A DNA stretch of 64,000 nucleotides, taken from contig NW_027191415.1 of NCBI RefSeq assembly GCF_041146345.1, positions 186,001-250,000 on the forward strand. Reading direction: 5' to 3'. The translations under genes were made by a program, and so were the position numbers. This DNA is from Neodothiora populina. Taxonomy: Eukaryota. A model generated the notes under the pieces. The model saw only the letters and a program-made list of their open reading frames with translations, was not told the origin of the DNA and made no database searches. Positions within the stretch are counted from its first letter, which is position 1; every line of letters starts with the position of its first letter. Positions 36,040-48,066 of this stretch are shown piece by piece.

Positions 36040-37419
36040 TTACCCCAACAACGCCCCAGTCCCAAAAGTCTCGCTCCGCACTCTCGTGCTCTCGACGCCC
36101 TTGCCTTCCAACCACGCCCTGACGTCGCTCATGAAGCTCGCGGGCCCACAGACGAAGTAGACTGCTTCTTTGTCGTCTAGGAAGAGATCGCGTGCTGCGT
36201 TGAGGACGGAGAGGGCTAGGCGGGTCGTGTGAATTTGGAGTCCTCCTGCTGCTGTTGCTGCTGCTGGTTGTGATGACGAGAGAGGCGAAGAAGAAGGGCG
36301 CGGGTTGAAGATGATTGTCCTTATAGAGTCCGGGTTTCGGGCTGAGATTGACGACAGGAAAGAGGTGAAGGGCTGCGTCTCGGAGTCGTGGGTTGCGTGG
36401 ATGAAGGTTATTTTCTTGGCGTTTCCTGTCGCTCCATTCGTTGATGCTGAGGATGAGTCGGGCGACGCAACAGGAGACTCCAGAATGCTCATCATGGGCG
36501 TCACGCCCACACCAGCCGATATGCAGACAACAGGGCCCTTGTCCGTCGCGCCGTCATAGAAAAAATCGCCCGCTGGGTTCGAGAGTTGGATGATGTCGCC
36601 TTGGCTCTTTGACAAATGCAAGATGTTAGAAATCACGCCGGGCATGTTCTCTGTTTTCGATGCACTGGAACGCAGCACGCCGTCTTCGCGCTTGACGGAG
36701 ATGCGATAGTATGGCTTTCCTGGAGCGTCAGAGAGCGAGTATTGTCTCGTCTGCATACAGCCTAGCTCCGGCACGTCGACGCGGACGGAGATGTATTGCC
36801 CTGGTTTGAACGAGGGCAGGTGGCCTCCGTCGACAGGCTCGAGGTAGAAAGATGTGATGTTCGATGATTCGGGGACTTTGCGCACGATTCGGAAGTCGCG
36901 CCAGTCGCTCCAGTTGTCGGGAGACTGAGTTGTCAGTTCCGCCTCGCGGTTGATCATCTACTCGTTGCTATCGTCAGCGAGTCCGTCCATCACTCACCTC
37001 ACCTCGATAATGCAACTCACGATTGATGCCAGCTGCTGATACGCCACGGCCCAAGCCTCCTTGACCTCATCCGTCAATCCCTCCCCCAGCACCTCCCCCA
37101 TGGCTCTGAGCAGATACGTCCCTACAACATCATACTGCTCGGGCCTCACGAACAGCGCCGCATGTTTCTGACAAATCTTCTCGACCGCCGGACTAAGCAC
37201 GCCCAAGTCATCGATATAAGACGCATACGCATATAGCGAAGATGCCAGGGCCATAGGTTGGTGTCCGTTCTTTTGGTTTGTCAGGTTGAAGATGTTCTTC
37301 AATGACGGAACCTCCGAGATGAGGCTTTCGTAGAAGCGCGTTGTTATCTCGTTGCCGTGAGCCTTGAGGATCGGCACCGTGGCTTTTATCAGGGTTGTTT
37401 GGTGGGGTGTTAACGGCAT
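36040..37419 (-). CDS. YHB1: Flavohemoglobin (NO dioxygenase); intron 36958-37020
   Basis: Globin domain (IKATVPIL..ITTRFY, ICQKHAAL..PEQYDVVG); FAD domain (FKPGQYISV, RQYSLSD); NAD domain (ISAGVGVTPMMS, FVCGP, ETFG). Confidence 0.96.
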
Positions 37420-38080
37420 GGCTCTTGTTGTGTAAGTGTGGTAGAGTATGTGTAGCTAGGAAGTGTGATCTGGGTCAAGTATATATGCTTTGCGGCAGAT
37501 AGACGTCTTTGAGGAAGCGAGTAGGAGGATAAGAAATATTCAATGGAAGAAAAGACCTACATCATCAACAGCGAGGACTATTATCATATATATATGTCAT
37601 ATCTTGACACTCTCTGCACAAGCTACAACACATCTAGTCTGCCGGATAAACCCTACCTACCTTATTCCTTCATACCCTTTCTTCACCCGCTTACACACAG
37701 TAGTGTACACAAGGGTATGTACAATGACCACAAATAGAGGCAGAGATGAACAATCGCGGAGAGTAGCGAAGACGCTCAGGAGGACTACGGGACTCGGGTC
37801 GCGATGCCCTAAATGGATGCGGACGTGACCGGGGTAGACGTCACGCTTAGCAGCGAAAAGTACCTCGAGCAAGGTATTTCGATATAGACATCTCCGCTGA
37901 TCTACTGTACGTTTATTTTATTTACTATTGCTGCAGTGCCTGCTGAAAGTACATGAGCTTTCATAAGAACCACGTGTGTCGTATATCTGTACAAAGCATG
38001 GCGACACGGAAGGTATACTCCAAGACTTCTTCCATTTTCAATGGCGCAGTTCGACATGGTCGTCGTTTGTGGTTCTCCCC

Positions 38081-38088
38081 CCGCGGAG
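38081..38088 (-). promoter_or_regulatory. Candidate NirA/Nit4 binding site (CTCCGCGG) ~660 bp upstream of the flavohemoglobin ATG
   Basis: Exact match to the CTCCGHGG consensus on the minus strand; near-match CTCCGCGA at 37754-37761. Confidence 0.4.
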
Positions 38089-38503
38089 ATACTCCGACGA
38101 AGCTGAGAGACAAGCAAAGAAAACTACGAGAATGAACCGTTGATGCGCTTTTCGTGTCACCTGAGATGAGGTGCAACGTCGATGGAGTCTTCGTCCGAGG
38201 TCGTATCCGGAAGGATCGATTTTCTCGGTTTGCACATACCTTCTCCTCGGTCAATGACTCGAAGATGGATTTGATGTTCATCTTTGCTGACCTTTGGTTT
38301 TACTGTCATTGGCTGTTTTTAAAATTGAGCTTTCGCTGCATACATGGCAGGTATAAGGCAAACAAAATGCACGAAACAAAATCATCATCATTGCTATCCC
38401 TGGGTATCTACAGTACCGTCCAAGGCGCCTGAAACGCCATCAATGTTCTATCTACTTCTCTTCGTCAAGCGACATAGTAATGCGCTCTGGGCTTTCTATA
38501 CCT

Positions 38504-40120
38504 CTATCGCAGTTCACCTCTGCCGGCCGGGTTTCTCTCGCGGCGTCTCCTATCTGCTTCGCCACGACCACTCTCAGCCGCCTGATCTGCTTCCATCTCA
38601 TCGTCCACCTGTCGTCTGGCAGCTTCCATGACTGCTCGACTGGGAAGTCTCTCCATGACCACACTGGGAGCGTGTTCGATGCAACGCAATTCCTCGTGAC
38701 AATGCGCGATCAATACTTCGAGTTCCTTTTGTGTTATAGCGTTCTTGTGATAACCCGAGAGATCAGGGTAGAGTTTGCCATCTCCGTGTAGACGACCTTG
38801 GAAAGCCTGAGGGCGAGGCACAATTTCCATTGGCAGGTCCTCGTTCAAGGTAGCGTTGACGGCCAGTGCGGTTTCGTGGGTCCATGCTCGCGCTACGTTT
38901 CGTGCGGTGTATCCGCCTCCACCAACGATGAGCAGAGGGACATTGTATCTTTTGACGAAAGCAAGACATTCGCCATGTGCGCGGATGTTTATGTTGAACT
39001 GGCCAAGACGATCGCCTCCCAGTGAGTCGGCGCCGCACTGTAGGACGATGGCTTGAGGTCTGAACTTCTCCAGTGTCTTGCCTGTAATCTCTTCGAACAA
39101 ATGCAGAAATTGCGCATCGTCAATCCCAGAAGGGATGGGCACGTTCAGCGCAAAGTGGTGTCCGACAGATCCAATGTTGCCATTATCGGTCAGTCCGCCA
39201 GTGCCTGGGAAGAAGAGGTGGCTCTCAACGTTCTTGTCTTCTTGAACCTTTCCGTAGCGATGATACGATAGAGTCATGACGCGATCACTCGATGCGAATG
39301 CCTCTTCGACACCATCACCGTGGTGCACGTCAATATCAATGTACAAGACACGTTGGTGCACCTTGAGTAACTCGAGTATGGCAAGGACAATATCGTTGAT
39401 GTAACAGAAACCCGATGCTTCAGACTTGTGCGCGTGATGCAGACCTCCAGACCAGTTAATGGCGATGTCCGATTGGCCGTTGACAAGCGTCGACACGGCC
39501 TCCATGGTCGCGCCTGTGTATAAAAAGAGATATTGGTTCATGCCGTCGAAAACAGGACAATCGGCGCCGGGAGATGTCGACAAGTTGAAAGGGCCGAGGC
39601 TGACTATTTCGCCTTCGTAACCGGGCGGAATACGTGATTCGTAGATCTTGCACAGCTCTGGGAAGGTCTCTGGAGAAACCTTGGACAAGAAATCAACATA
39701 CTCCGGGTCGTGGAAGGCTTCCACCGCCTCCTTACTTGCGGGCAGCGCATCGTAGTTGTCCATTGCATATTGTAAGCCATAACCCATGACGAGATGTTTT
39801 GTGAGGGTCAGTCGCCAGGGTTTCATTGGATGCGTCCTTCCAAAATGCATATTCTCGACGCGACGGTTGTAGTGGAAGCTGACGTTGTAGCCCTTTGGTC
39901 TCTCGATCCCGTTCTCCTCTACCTGGCGCATGATCTTCTCCTCGAGCACACGTCGTCGTACCTGGTATTCGTCGGCCTCATTCATGGGCGGCGTGAGAGG
40001 GGCGTGTGACGTATTGACGGCGGTGGATGCGCCGTTCGCATGTGAGGGATCCCACTGCTGCACAATTCCATCGCGAACAGATTGTCGCGCAACCCCGTTC
40101 GTCGTACGTTGGGCTGCCAT
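38504..40120 (-). CDS. HOS2: Class I histone deacetylase Hos2/HosA
   Basis: HFGRTHPMKPWRLTLTK, NWSGGLHHAHKSEASGFCYINDIV, YIDIDVHHGDGVE, QCGADSLGGDRLG, GGGGYT motifs. Confidence 0.93.
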   Translation of the reverse strand: MAAQRTTNGVARQSVRDGIVQQWDPSHANGASTAVNTSHAPLTPPMNEADEYQVRRRVLEEKIMRQVEENGIERPKGYNVSFHYNRRVENMHFGRTHPMKPWRLTLTKHLVMGYGLQYAMDNYDALPASKEAVEAFHDPEYVDFLSKVSPETFPELCKIYESRIPPGYEGEIVSLGPFNLSTSPGADCPVFDGMNQYLFLYTGATMEAVSTLVNGQSDIAINWSGGLHHAHKSEASGFCYINDIVLAILELLKVHQRVLYIDIDVHHGDGVEEAFASSDRVMTLSYHRYGKVQEDKNVESHLFFPGTGGLTDNGNIGSVGHHFALNVPIPSGIDDAQFLHLFEEITGKTLEKFRPQAIVLQCGADSLGGDRLGQFNINIRAHGECLAFVKRYNVPLLIVGGGGYTARNVARAWTHETALAVNATLNEDLPMEIVPRPQAFQGRLHGDGKLYPDLSGYHKNAITQKELEVLIAHCHEELRCIEHAPSVVMERLPSRAVMEAARRQVDDEMEADQAAESGRGEADRRRRERNPAGRGELR

Positions 40121-40922
40121 ATCTTATATGTGTGATTCCACTTGTTGGTGGTTCTGGTAGTCGAGGGCACAGGCCTTCCTGTTCCGGTGATGGTCGTGAG
40201 CTCCTTCCTTCACTCTGCCGTCTCAATTCTTGTTGCTTTCGGTAGAAAAGTCGCTGAATCCAGTGTCAGACGAGAACACATTTCGCTCCTTCCCCGAGCT
40301 ATCTAAATTCTGGAGTCCTCTGTCTTCGTTGTTTCGTTCTTCTCCTGTCTCCTTCCTCCTCCCTGGACTCGTTGTTATACCAAGTGTGGGTGCGTGGTTT
40401 GACACAATTGCACCTGCATTCAGGATTGTCCATATGTTGCGCTGAGGCTCGTGCAGCGACCCTCATCGGCTCGTATCGACTTGCTGTCTGTCGTGCATAG
40501 GGCTGGGCGAGGATCAACCTTAGTCAGCCCTCCGTTGCGCGTTCGCCCCCAGATTCAAGGCGATGGACAAGTGCAGCCACAAGTGAACCTAGAACCTCGA
40601 ACTTCGCGACTTTGATACATGCGCAAGAAACCCACGATTATTTTACTTTATCCACTCGAGCACAGATAGGTTCAAAACTAAAGCAGGACTCTATCCGTGT
40701 GAAAAGAGTGACTCGGTCCATTTCTTCGTCCATACATTTGTGGTAGCTTCTGTCGTGATTTTCACACCGTCCACCTTCCCATTGCCAAGCTTTCTCCTTC
40801 ATTGATACTCTCCGCCTTTGCTCCGTATACCATTCGGTCCACTGTGACACTTCGCCGAACTCTTGTTTGATCCTCGGTCCTGCTTTCGCTTCCGCTGTCG
40901 CAACGCTTGTCTCGACACAAAT

Positions 40923-42379
40923 ATGGCGAATGCTTCGGAAGACCCCGCCACTGTTCTGGAGCAATTCTGCAATGATGGTAAGCCCTTGCGATTCCCAAGA
41001 TTCTGTAGCAAATGTCTATGTAGCTAACAACAATACAAGTCGCCAATCTACCCGCAGAAATCACTCACTTATTAGAGGAAGTGTCCGCAAAGGACCAACA
41101 GATCGATGAGTTGCGAACACTCATCGCCTCCCGCGACAAGTCCATACAAAATTTCGTCCGTCAGAACGGAGGTCACGTGAAGAACCCGAAGGAAGACAGC
41201 CTGACCAAAGGCATCCTCGCGAGCTACGATCGCGTCGAGATCCTTCAAGCCGAGAAGCTGGCTTTGAGCGAGAAAGCGATGATTGTGCTGGATCGTCAAA
41301 TCAAGCGTTTTGATCTGAGTATGCGCAAGCTTGAATCGAAAGGAGAGATTGCGCCTGATTCAACTTTGCCATCTCTTCTGCAACCTGGCGCTACCAGTGG
41401 TAGTAATACGACGGGCACCGTCACTCCTCACAAGTCTTCGGCGCTCGCCTCGGCACAGGCTGGCGGTGCTCCTAACATCGCAAATGCAGCCATGGCCCGT
41501 ATGGTAGCTTCAAACCCATCAGCACGCGGTTCGCCAGTCTCGGCGCCAAATCCTCTCCTTAACCAACCGCATCTGAATGCTTCAGCAGCGCGCTCTCAGC
41601 GCGAGAGCAGTGTCGATGCCAACAAACGCCGTCGGCTGAACACATCACTTTCCGGTACCACGCCTACACAATCGTCTGCCCTGCGACAGTCATCTTTAGG
41701 TCCATCGGGTGGCACCCCCAAAGCCGGCACACCCGCGCCCAGCTCCAGTCGTGCAGGTTCCGCGTCCGCGCAACCGCCCGCTCGTCCTGCAAATTCATCG
41801 ACTAAGAAAGGACCAACAATAAAGAAAGTAGCTCCGCATCACGCCGCGGCAGCTGCAGCCGCAGCCTCAGCCTCTCGAAAGCGCATACGCACAAGCGGCG
41901 CCAGCGGTATCTCGTCGGCCTCGGTAGCAGGCACGAAAAAGGGCGACAAGCGCCGAAACCTGACCTCGCCTACCCCATCGTCAAGCAGGGGCAGCGTGAG
42001 TCCCGCGCCTTCATCCCTGCCCCAAAACGACGGCGGATCAGACATCGCCTCCTCGACACCGATCGCGTCCGCAGCCGCATCAGCATCAGCAGCAGCAGCC
42101 GCCGCGCGAGCAGCACGTCGTCGCGCGGGCCACGCCACCTCGGCCGCGGCATCAGACGAGGAAGCCGACGAGCCCGAGCAGGACGCCGAGGGCGACGAAA
42201 TCTATTGTGTCTGCCAGCAAGTGTCGTATGGCGATATGGTCGCTTGCGACAACGATCTCTGTCCGTACCAATGGTTTCACTGGACCTGTGTTGGGCTCAA
42301 GGCTGAGCCCAAGGGCGACTGGCTTTGTCCGCATTGTCGCGATCTGCCTAGCGACAAGATCGTCAAGGCCAAGGACTAG
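40923..42379 (+). CDS. YNG2: ING-family PHD finger protein (NuA4 subunit Yng2/ING3); intron 40978-41039
   Basis: Spliced N-terminus [29 protein letters not shown]-terminal [41 protein letters not shown]. Confidence 0.9.
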
Positions 42380-43675
42380 ATTTGTTCTCCCTTTTTCTTT
42401 GCTCTACCATCTGTCTCTACTCGCTTTGCGCGAGTGTGTCTTGAAGTATTGACTACACCACCGCTTTCACGATTCAATCACTACCGTCGAAACTCGATTT
42501 ATCACCGAGCTTCGTTGTTTTTTCTTCTTTTCGATTTCCATAGACCGCGGCGGAGAGGAGGAATGGGGGAGTCCAGGAGCATAGTCATGAACAAACGATA
42601 CCACAAGGCCACGATACGTGGTTTCACGAATCAAAGAACAATATCGATCACATAAAACACCGATTATGCTTTGAAGTCAGCATCTTCGCTTATCTTCTGA
42701 GGACTTGTATTGAGCATGTATGTCCCATATTTGATGATGACGATGATAACAATCCGGATAAGGTCAATCTTTGGTTTAAGTTGTCGCCTTTCCTTGCTTC
42801 TTCTCGAGAGTCTTGCAAAGGATCATACGATTTCTGTTGTTGTGTTTTAGTCCCTTGCTCATAATAGTCAAGTCAAATGCCACAGCTAGATATACTGGAG
42901 GATGCTACTCTACAAGCATAGACTGCATGTGCAACACTCGATAAATCAGTCTTTGAACGAAAGAGATTTACTTGATGGGACAAACGAGCTTGGATGCTGC
43001 ACTATTCACGCGTGCCTCGACGAAACCCATAAACGACATCTCACGACGGGGGACCGCAAACTTCCAGGCAATTTACAGAGGGCATTACAAAACGTCAATT
43101 GAAGGTTTTGTTTGTTTGTGATATGTGATACATTAAGAAATATATATTATAATGAAATACTAGATAGAAATATGCGATCGATGTCGATCTGTTTTATGAT
43201 CCGTCCTGGATTTAGTATCGTGCTGACGGTGAGCGGCGTTCGTAGCTCTGATAGAGCTTGGAGACCCGTAAATCTTGCTTGCCAGAGGATATATGGGCAT
43301 CTTTGCAGGGGCTTGAGTAGCATGCAAAGGCTGGAAGCGTTTTGCTTCGGCGAGTTCTGGCCGCGTAGACTTTGTCGTCACGACACCGCGGTAGTGTCCC
43401 CTTTGCGGAGTGGCGAGGTAAATCTGACCACATCTCGCCACGGCGGAGGGACGAGGCAGCTGTGTCTGATGCGGAGGTTCAGATGCACTTCAGCTAGCTT
43501 GGCTTGAGCGGTCCAAGGTATCGATATGTACCCCGATAGGCCGCTAGGTGTCTTGTTAAAAGACGATATTTGATGGAGTAGTAGGAAGCGGAGATGTTGC
43601 GAATGCACATCATAGCACTGCAATCGATGCCAGAATGGTCGTATTGATGACTGAATACTGTCCAATGTTGACGAT

Positions 43676-44215
43676 TCACTCCTTCTCCAAGAAGGCCTGC
43701 TTGACCTCCGCGTCGGCCGTGGCAGCAGCACTCTCGATGTCAGAACCGTTCTTCGATCCACCAGTGACACGTCTTGTGATTGAGCGAGCGCCATGGTAGA
43801 ATGCAGGCACGATGAGGTAGAGCATGATGCCTCCGATGACGGCAGCAGTGGTGCTAGCGGCGAGCACGGCACAAGAGAGTACAACCTTCATGATGAATGA
43901 GTCGGAATCATGTCCCGCAAGTGGCAGAGCGACGAAGATGATGACAAGATGGAGGCCAGTGAGGAATCCAGTAAGCATGAGAGAGGCTGTCTGTTCCTTC
44001 TTGGGAAGATCCGGGTCATTGCTGTGTTCAAGGGATTGTTCATTGCGAAGAACCAGGCTGCAGGCGAAGCAGAGGACGTGAGCATATCCAGCGATCAAGC
44101 CTACACTTATCGCTACTTCGAGTGCAGCCCAGATGAAGCATGAGGCAAGAGCAGCCATGGAACCGAATGAGTCGACTTGGGGCATAACGCCAGTTGTGAT
44201 GTTTGCAGAAGACAT
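43676..44215 (-). CDS. Hypothetical small membrane protein (about 3-4 TM segments)
   Basis: 179-aa ORF with several hydrophobic stretches; TATA-like sequence upstream. Confidence 0.55.
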   Translation of the reverse strand: MSSANITTGVMPQVDSFGSMAALASCFIWAALEVAISVGLIAGYAHVLCFACSLVLRNEQSLEHSNDPDLPKKEQTASLMLTGFLTGLHLVIIFVALPLAGHDSDSFIMKVVLSCAVLAASTTAAVIGGIMLYLIVPAFYHGARSITRRVTGGSKNGSDIESAAATADAEVKQAFLEKE

Positions 44216-47200
44216 TTCGTCTGATTAAATGTTCCAGCGCGTATACAAAAGAACAAAGAAACGGTGAATAGTAAGTATAGAGAGTGACTTGAGTGAGGAC
44301 TCGCAAGTATAAAGAGACAGACTAGAGTTAGACTCGGCTAAATTGCCAACAAGAACAGCAAGGTCAAAGAAAAGAGGGACTCGATTAAATCGGAACAGGC
44401 AATACTGAGAGAGAAAGAGGTGGCACTCTCTCGTTGTTGGGTAAGACAATATCGTTTTGTATGTCTAAGACAAGACCGTTTATATCAACATCCGATTGCG
44501 GTTTGTTGTTCGTTTCTTTTCAGGAGCAACGCAGCCGTTGGAACGCACGCAAGGGGGAAATTACAATGTAATAAGAGTCGCCGTTTCCTCGTGCATTTTA
44601 AAAGTAGCAGGCAACTCCCTTTCATATTACTCACTTACCTGTGGCAACAGACTCTAGGCTTTGGTACCTTCATGGTCATCACATGGTGCTATTTGTAAGG
44701 AAGTATCGAGGAATGAAGAGGGGGTCGTGGCTGGCTGTAGTCCAAGATCTTGACATCTCGGCGGCTTCGGCATGTCCAGATGAGGTTAGAATGATCAGCC
44801 TTGCGGGCATGGCCGCAGAGCATGATTCCCCATTAGGTTTTGTGACGAGAAGAACTATTGGCTCTTTGCTTGAATTTGCAAATGTAATAGAGGTCGAAGG
44901 AGAGAATATTGCAAAAGTAGAGCGAGTAGCCTTCGACGCTTGGCTGCTTCGAGTTGGTCCTACCAATACACCTGTGGCGAAGTGTAGCTGCGAAAGTGGA
45001 GTAAGTTGCGGCTCCACCACGCTATGTGCCAGACAGCCCTGGCTCGAGCTGTACAAGACTTCGAGTACTTCAGCACACCTTTCCACTCACAGCTGATGAT
45101 GACTCCAATGTAAGAGCGCCATGCGTGATTTAGAATATAGTATGGCGCGTCGCACGGCAATTTACAGTCGCCAGATCGCAAGGCCAGGATGTCAACGTAA
45201 ATTTCAAGCTGAGACTGTGTTCTTGCTTGACAGGTTTGGTGCCTGAAACGATTTGGATAGCACTCAAACATGAGAAAACGGCGATGGGTTTTACTCGCTA
45301 TCTCCATCATGAATGATGCTGATCTAAGCTGTCCGCGCGTATCTCGATACGAATACAGTACTTCAAGTCACGAGAGCCGGTACAGACTGGTCCCGCGAAT
45401 ACAAGTACCTCATTCTCGGCCATAATCTACAGGGTTATGGTTGTCGAAACTCACACTAGCCCAGCGTAGTGGATAGAGGATCCTAGGGCTGTAGAAAACG
45501 ATTCCATATTCCAGTGAGTGAGAGCAATGAGTGTCTCCATCATCTTCGCAGCGTAAGCACAAGTTCACTTGCATGCGTATCAGATATCGCTTGCTTTAAC
45601 GGCACCGCAAGCCGAACCCGAGGGTAAGCAGTTACAACGTCTGCTAGTTTCTGATAGCAGTATATGCTGATCTCTCGAATGGTTTGCCAGACTCGTCCAC
45701 TTGCTCCACTTAAATGACTGCAAACAGAGCAATAGCACTGCGTACTACTTCGATGATGTGTCGACGCAGGATTTCCTACGCCCAACGCGTGTGAGACAGA
45801 TATCCTCGCCGTCGCTTCGGCATCATTTTTTTGTACGATGCGGAACGGGTCTCCATCCCAATGCGCACCAGCAGACTTGAAACGTGACAGTTTGCGTCAT
45901 GACTTGTGGGCCAGGGCCTCGTAACCAAAGACGCTCATTGCCATAGGAATGGATCTGAAAGATGGGTCACCTCTGGAGAAGCGGTTTCTCCGAGTTGCTC
46001 CGTATTCGGATGACTTGCACAGAGGTTTCTGTCGGTCGTGGCATTCTCTGCGATGTTTCACTTTTCTCTTCATCAAGTCAAGTGCAGCCGACTGATCAAA
46101 AGAAAGAAAAAAGAATCTGAATGCTTATTGTCTTCTGATTTAGTCAGGCTACCTGCTGCAGACAGACGAGAGTAAGCAATAAATCACACTGATAGTGAAC
46201 CCAATGGTTGGGTCGAATTCCCATCGACAGCAATAACCAGCGAAAGAAAAGTGACTAGGCAACGAGTGGCAAAAAAAGATATGAAGCATCACGTGCAGCC
46301 CAACATGATGTACGATATTTCATCCTCTCACAAGACAACAGCGTCTCGTGCAGAGCCAATAAAAAGGCCTCACACCATCAGCAATTCCCGCTGTGCCAGC
46401 AACTGCACAAAAACAGCTCACTCACAGAAACATTTATTGTGCCACATGAAGCTCCTAGGCAACAGCACACAGCAAGGATGCCCCAGACCGTGAAACCCAT
46501 GGAGCCCGATAAACAAATCTTCTCCTCATTTCTGTGATCCGAGAAGCGGGCAGAGTGGCAAGACGATCAATTATCGTACAGTAGCTTCTCTGTCGCATCA
46601 TCGTTTTCCTCATCATCGTCATAACATCACCAGGACAGCAGAAAGAATTGGCAAAGCAAGGAAAACCAGAGTGATAACAACACCTTGTTCGGTCTAGCGC
46701 TCACTCCTTCTTCTCCTTCTTATCGAGTCGGAAACAGCAGAGTAGAGCAAGCATACAACGAGTATGGAACCTTTTGCACATTCAGGTAAAAGAACACTGA
46801 GCTCTAGGACGAGATATAGAGCTCAAGCTTGAGTCTTCATTTCCGTTGCTATCGCTCTAGCTATCTTAAGATGCCTTATCTCAGAGCTTCTGCTTTCGAA
46901 TAGGGTAGGCAATCCAAGTACTCGTCGCAGATGAAGATTTCGACCTTACCCAACAACTTCAGTCGACGATGAAAGGATACCGAACCATGCGAACAGAATA
47001 AAAGAAAAGGATTAGTGGAGAACATCGACAAGTAGAGAACAGCAAGAAAGCGATGTAGCAAGCAATTCCCCCCACGTAGCTACCTAAACTGTGGTATAGA
47101 GCGAACCACATACATCCACATCATATTAAAAGCCTTCAGATCTGATCGACTGAAGCCTCTAAGGTGAGATGAGATACTGTACGTTCAAGTTTCCCTTATA

Positions 47201-48066
47201 ACACATAACGTACGATTTGCAGTAACAGCGCTCGCTTCGTATCTTCGTTTTTCTTACTGATATGTAACACAGGACTTCTTTCGCACAACGGCATAGACGT
47301 TCAGTGGTACGAGAGAGTATCTTCGTCTTATCTCTGTTGTGTTGTAGCTTTATCTGATAAACAAGCCACAACTTTTTTTTAAGGGCTGCGTTCTTAGTTC
47401 TGTGGTTGTACCCTTTGTTGTAATCTGCCATTAAGATAAGAATACCTTAGATAAAACATTTAATATAGCACAAGACAACAATTTAGATGAAGATGCACTG
47501 TTGATTTTACTGGATGTTTTTGTATTGTTTGTATGTTATACAATCAGTCTCACTCATTCTGTGGTGATCTGACTATCTCCATCTCAGTGATCCTCCCGCC
47601 TCCGTCATCAACGTCGTCGATCGCTACGTTGTCGTCTTCAATCTCCTCCATAAGTAAAACAAGGACAGAAAGTTTGCTCCCGCACCCGCCCTGATAGCCA
47701 GCCATAAACAATCGAATGCCATCGAGTAATACAGCCATGCCCATGCCAATGCCAATGCCATTTTTGAACGAGGTATGCACTTCCAATGCAAAAGCCCATC
47801 TGTCCCGTAAATGCAAAACAGAAGCATGCGGGTGATCGACGAGATAAGCAATGACAAGCAGAAAAGAAAATAAACGCCAGATAAGTTACAATTTCCCCGC
47901 TGGCCGCAAATCGCTGGAACGCGGATCGATAAATAATATAAAAGAAAACCATTGGGTATAGTGCGAAAATGACCCGGAATTCAATCTGGTCGTAGTCATC
48001 CTGCAGTAAGAGGAAACAACAAAATCAAATGATTATGTTCACATCGGGCGGAAGAAAGGATACCCT

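Noticed and set aside
46201..46232. tRNA T-arm-like GGTCGAATTCCC
   Set aside because: No cloverleaf, acceptor stem or A box can be built around it
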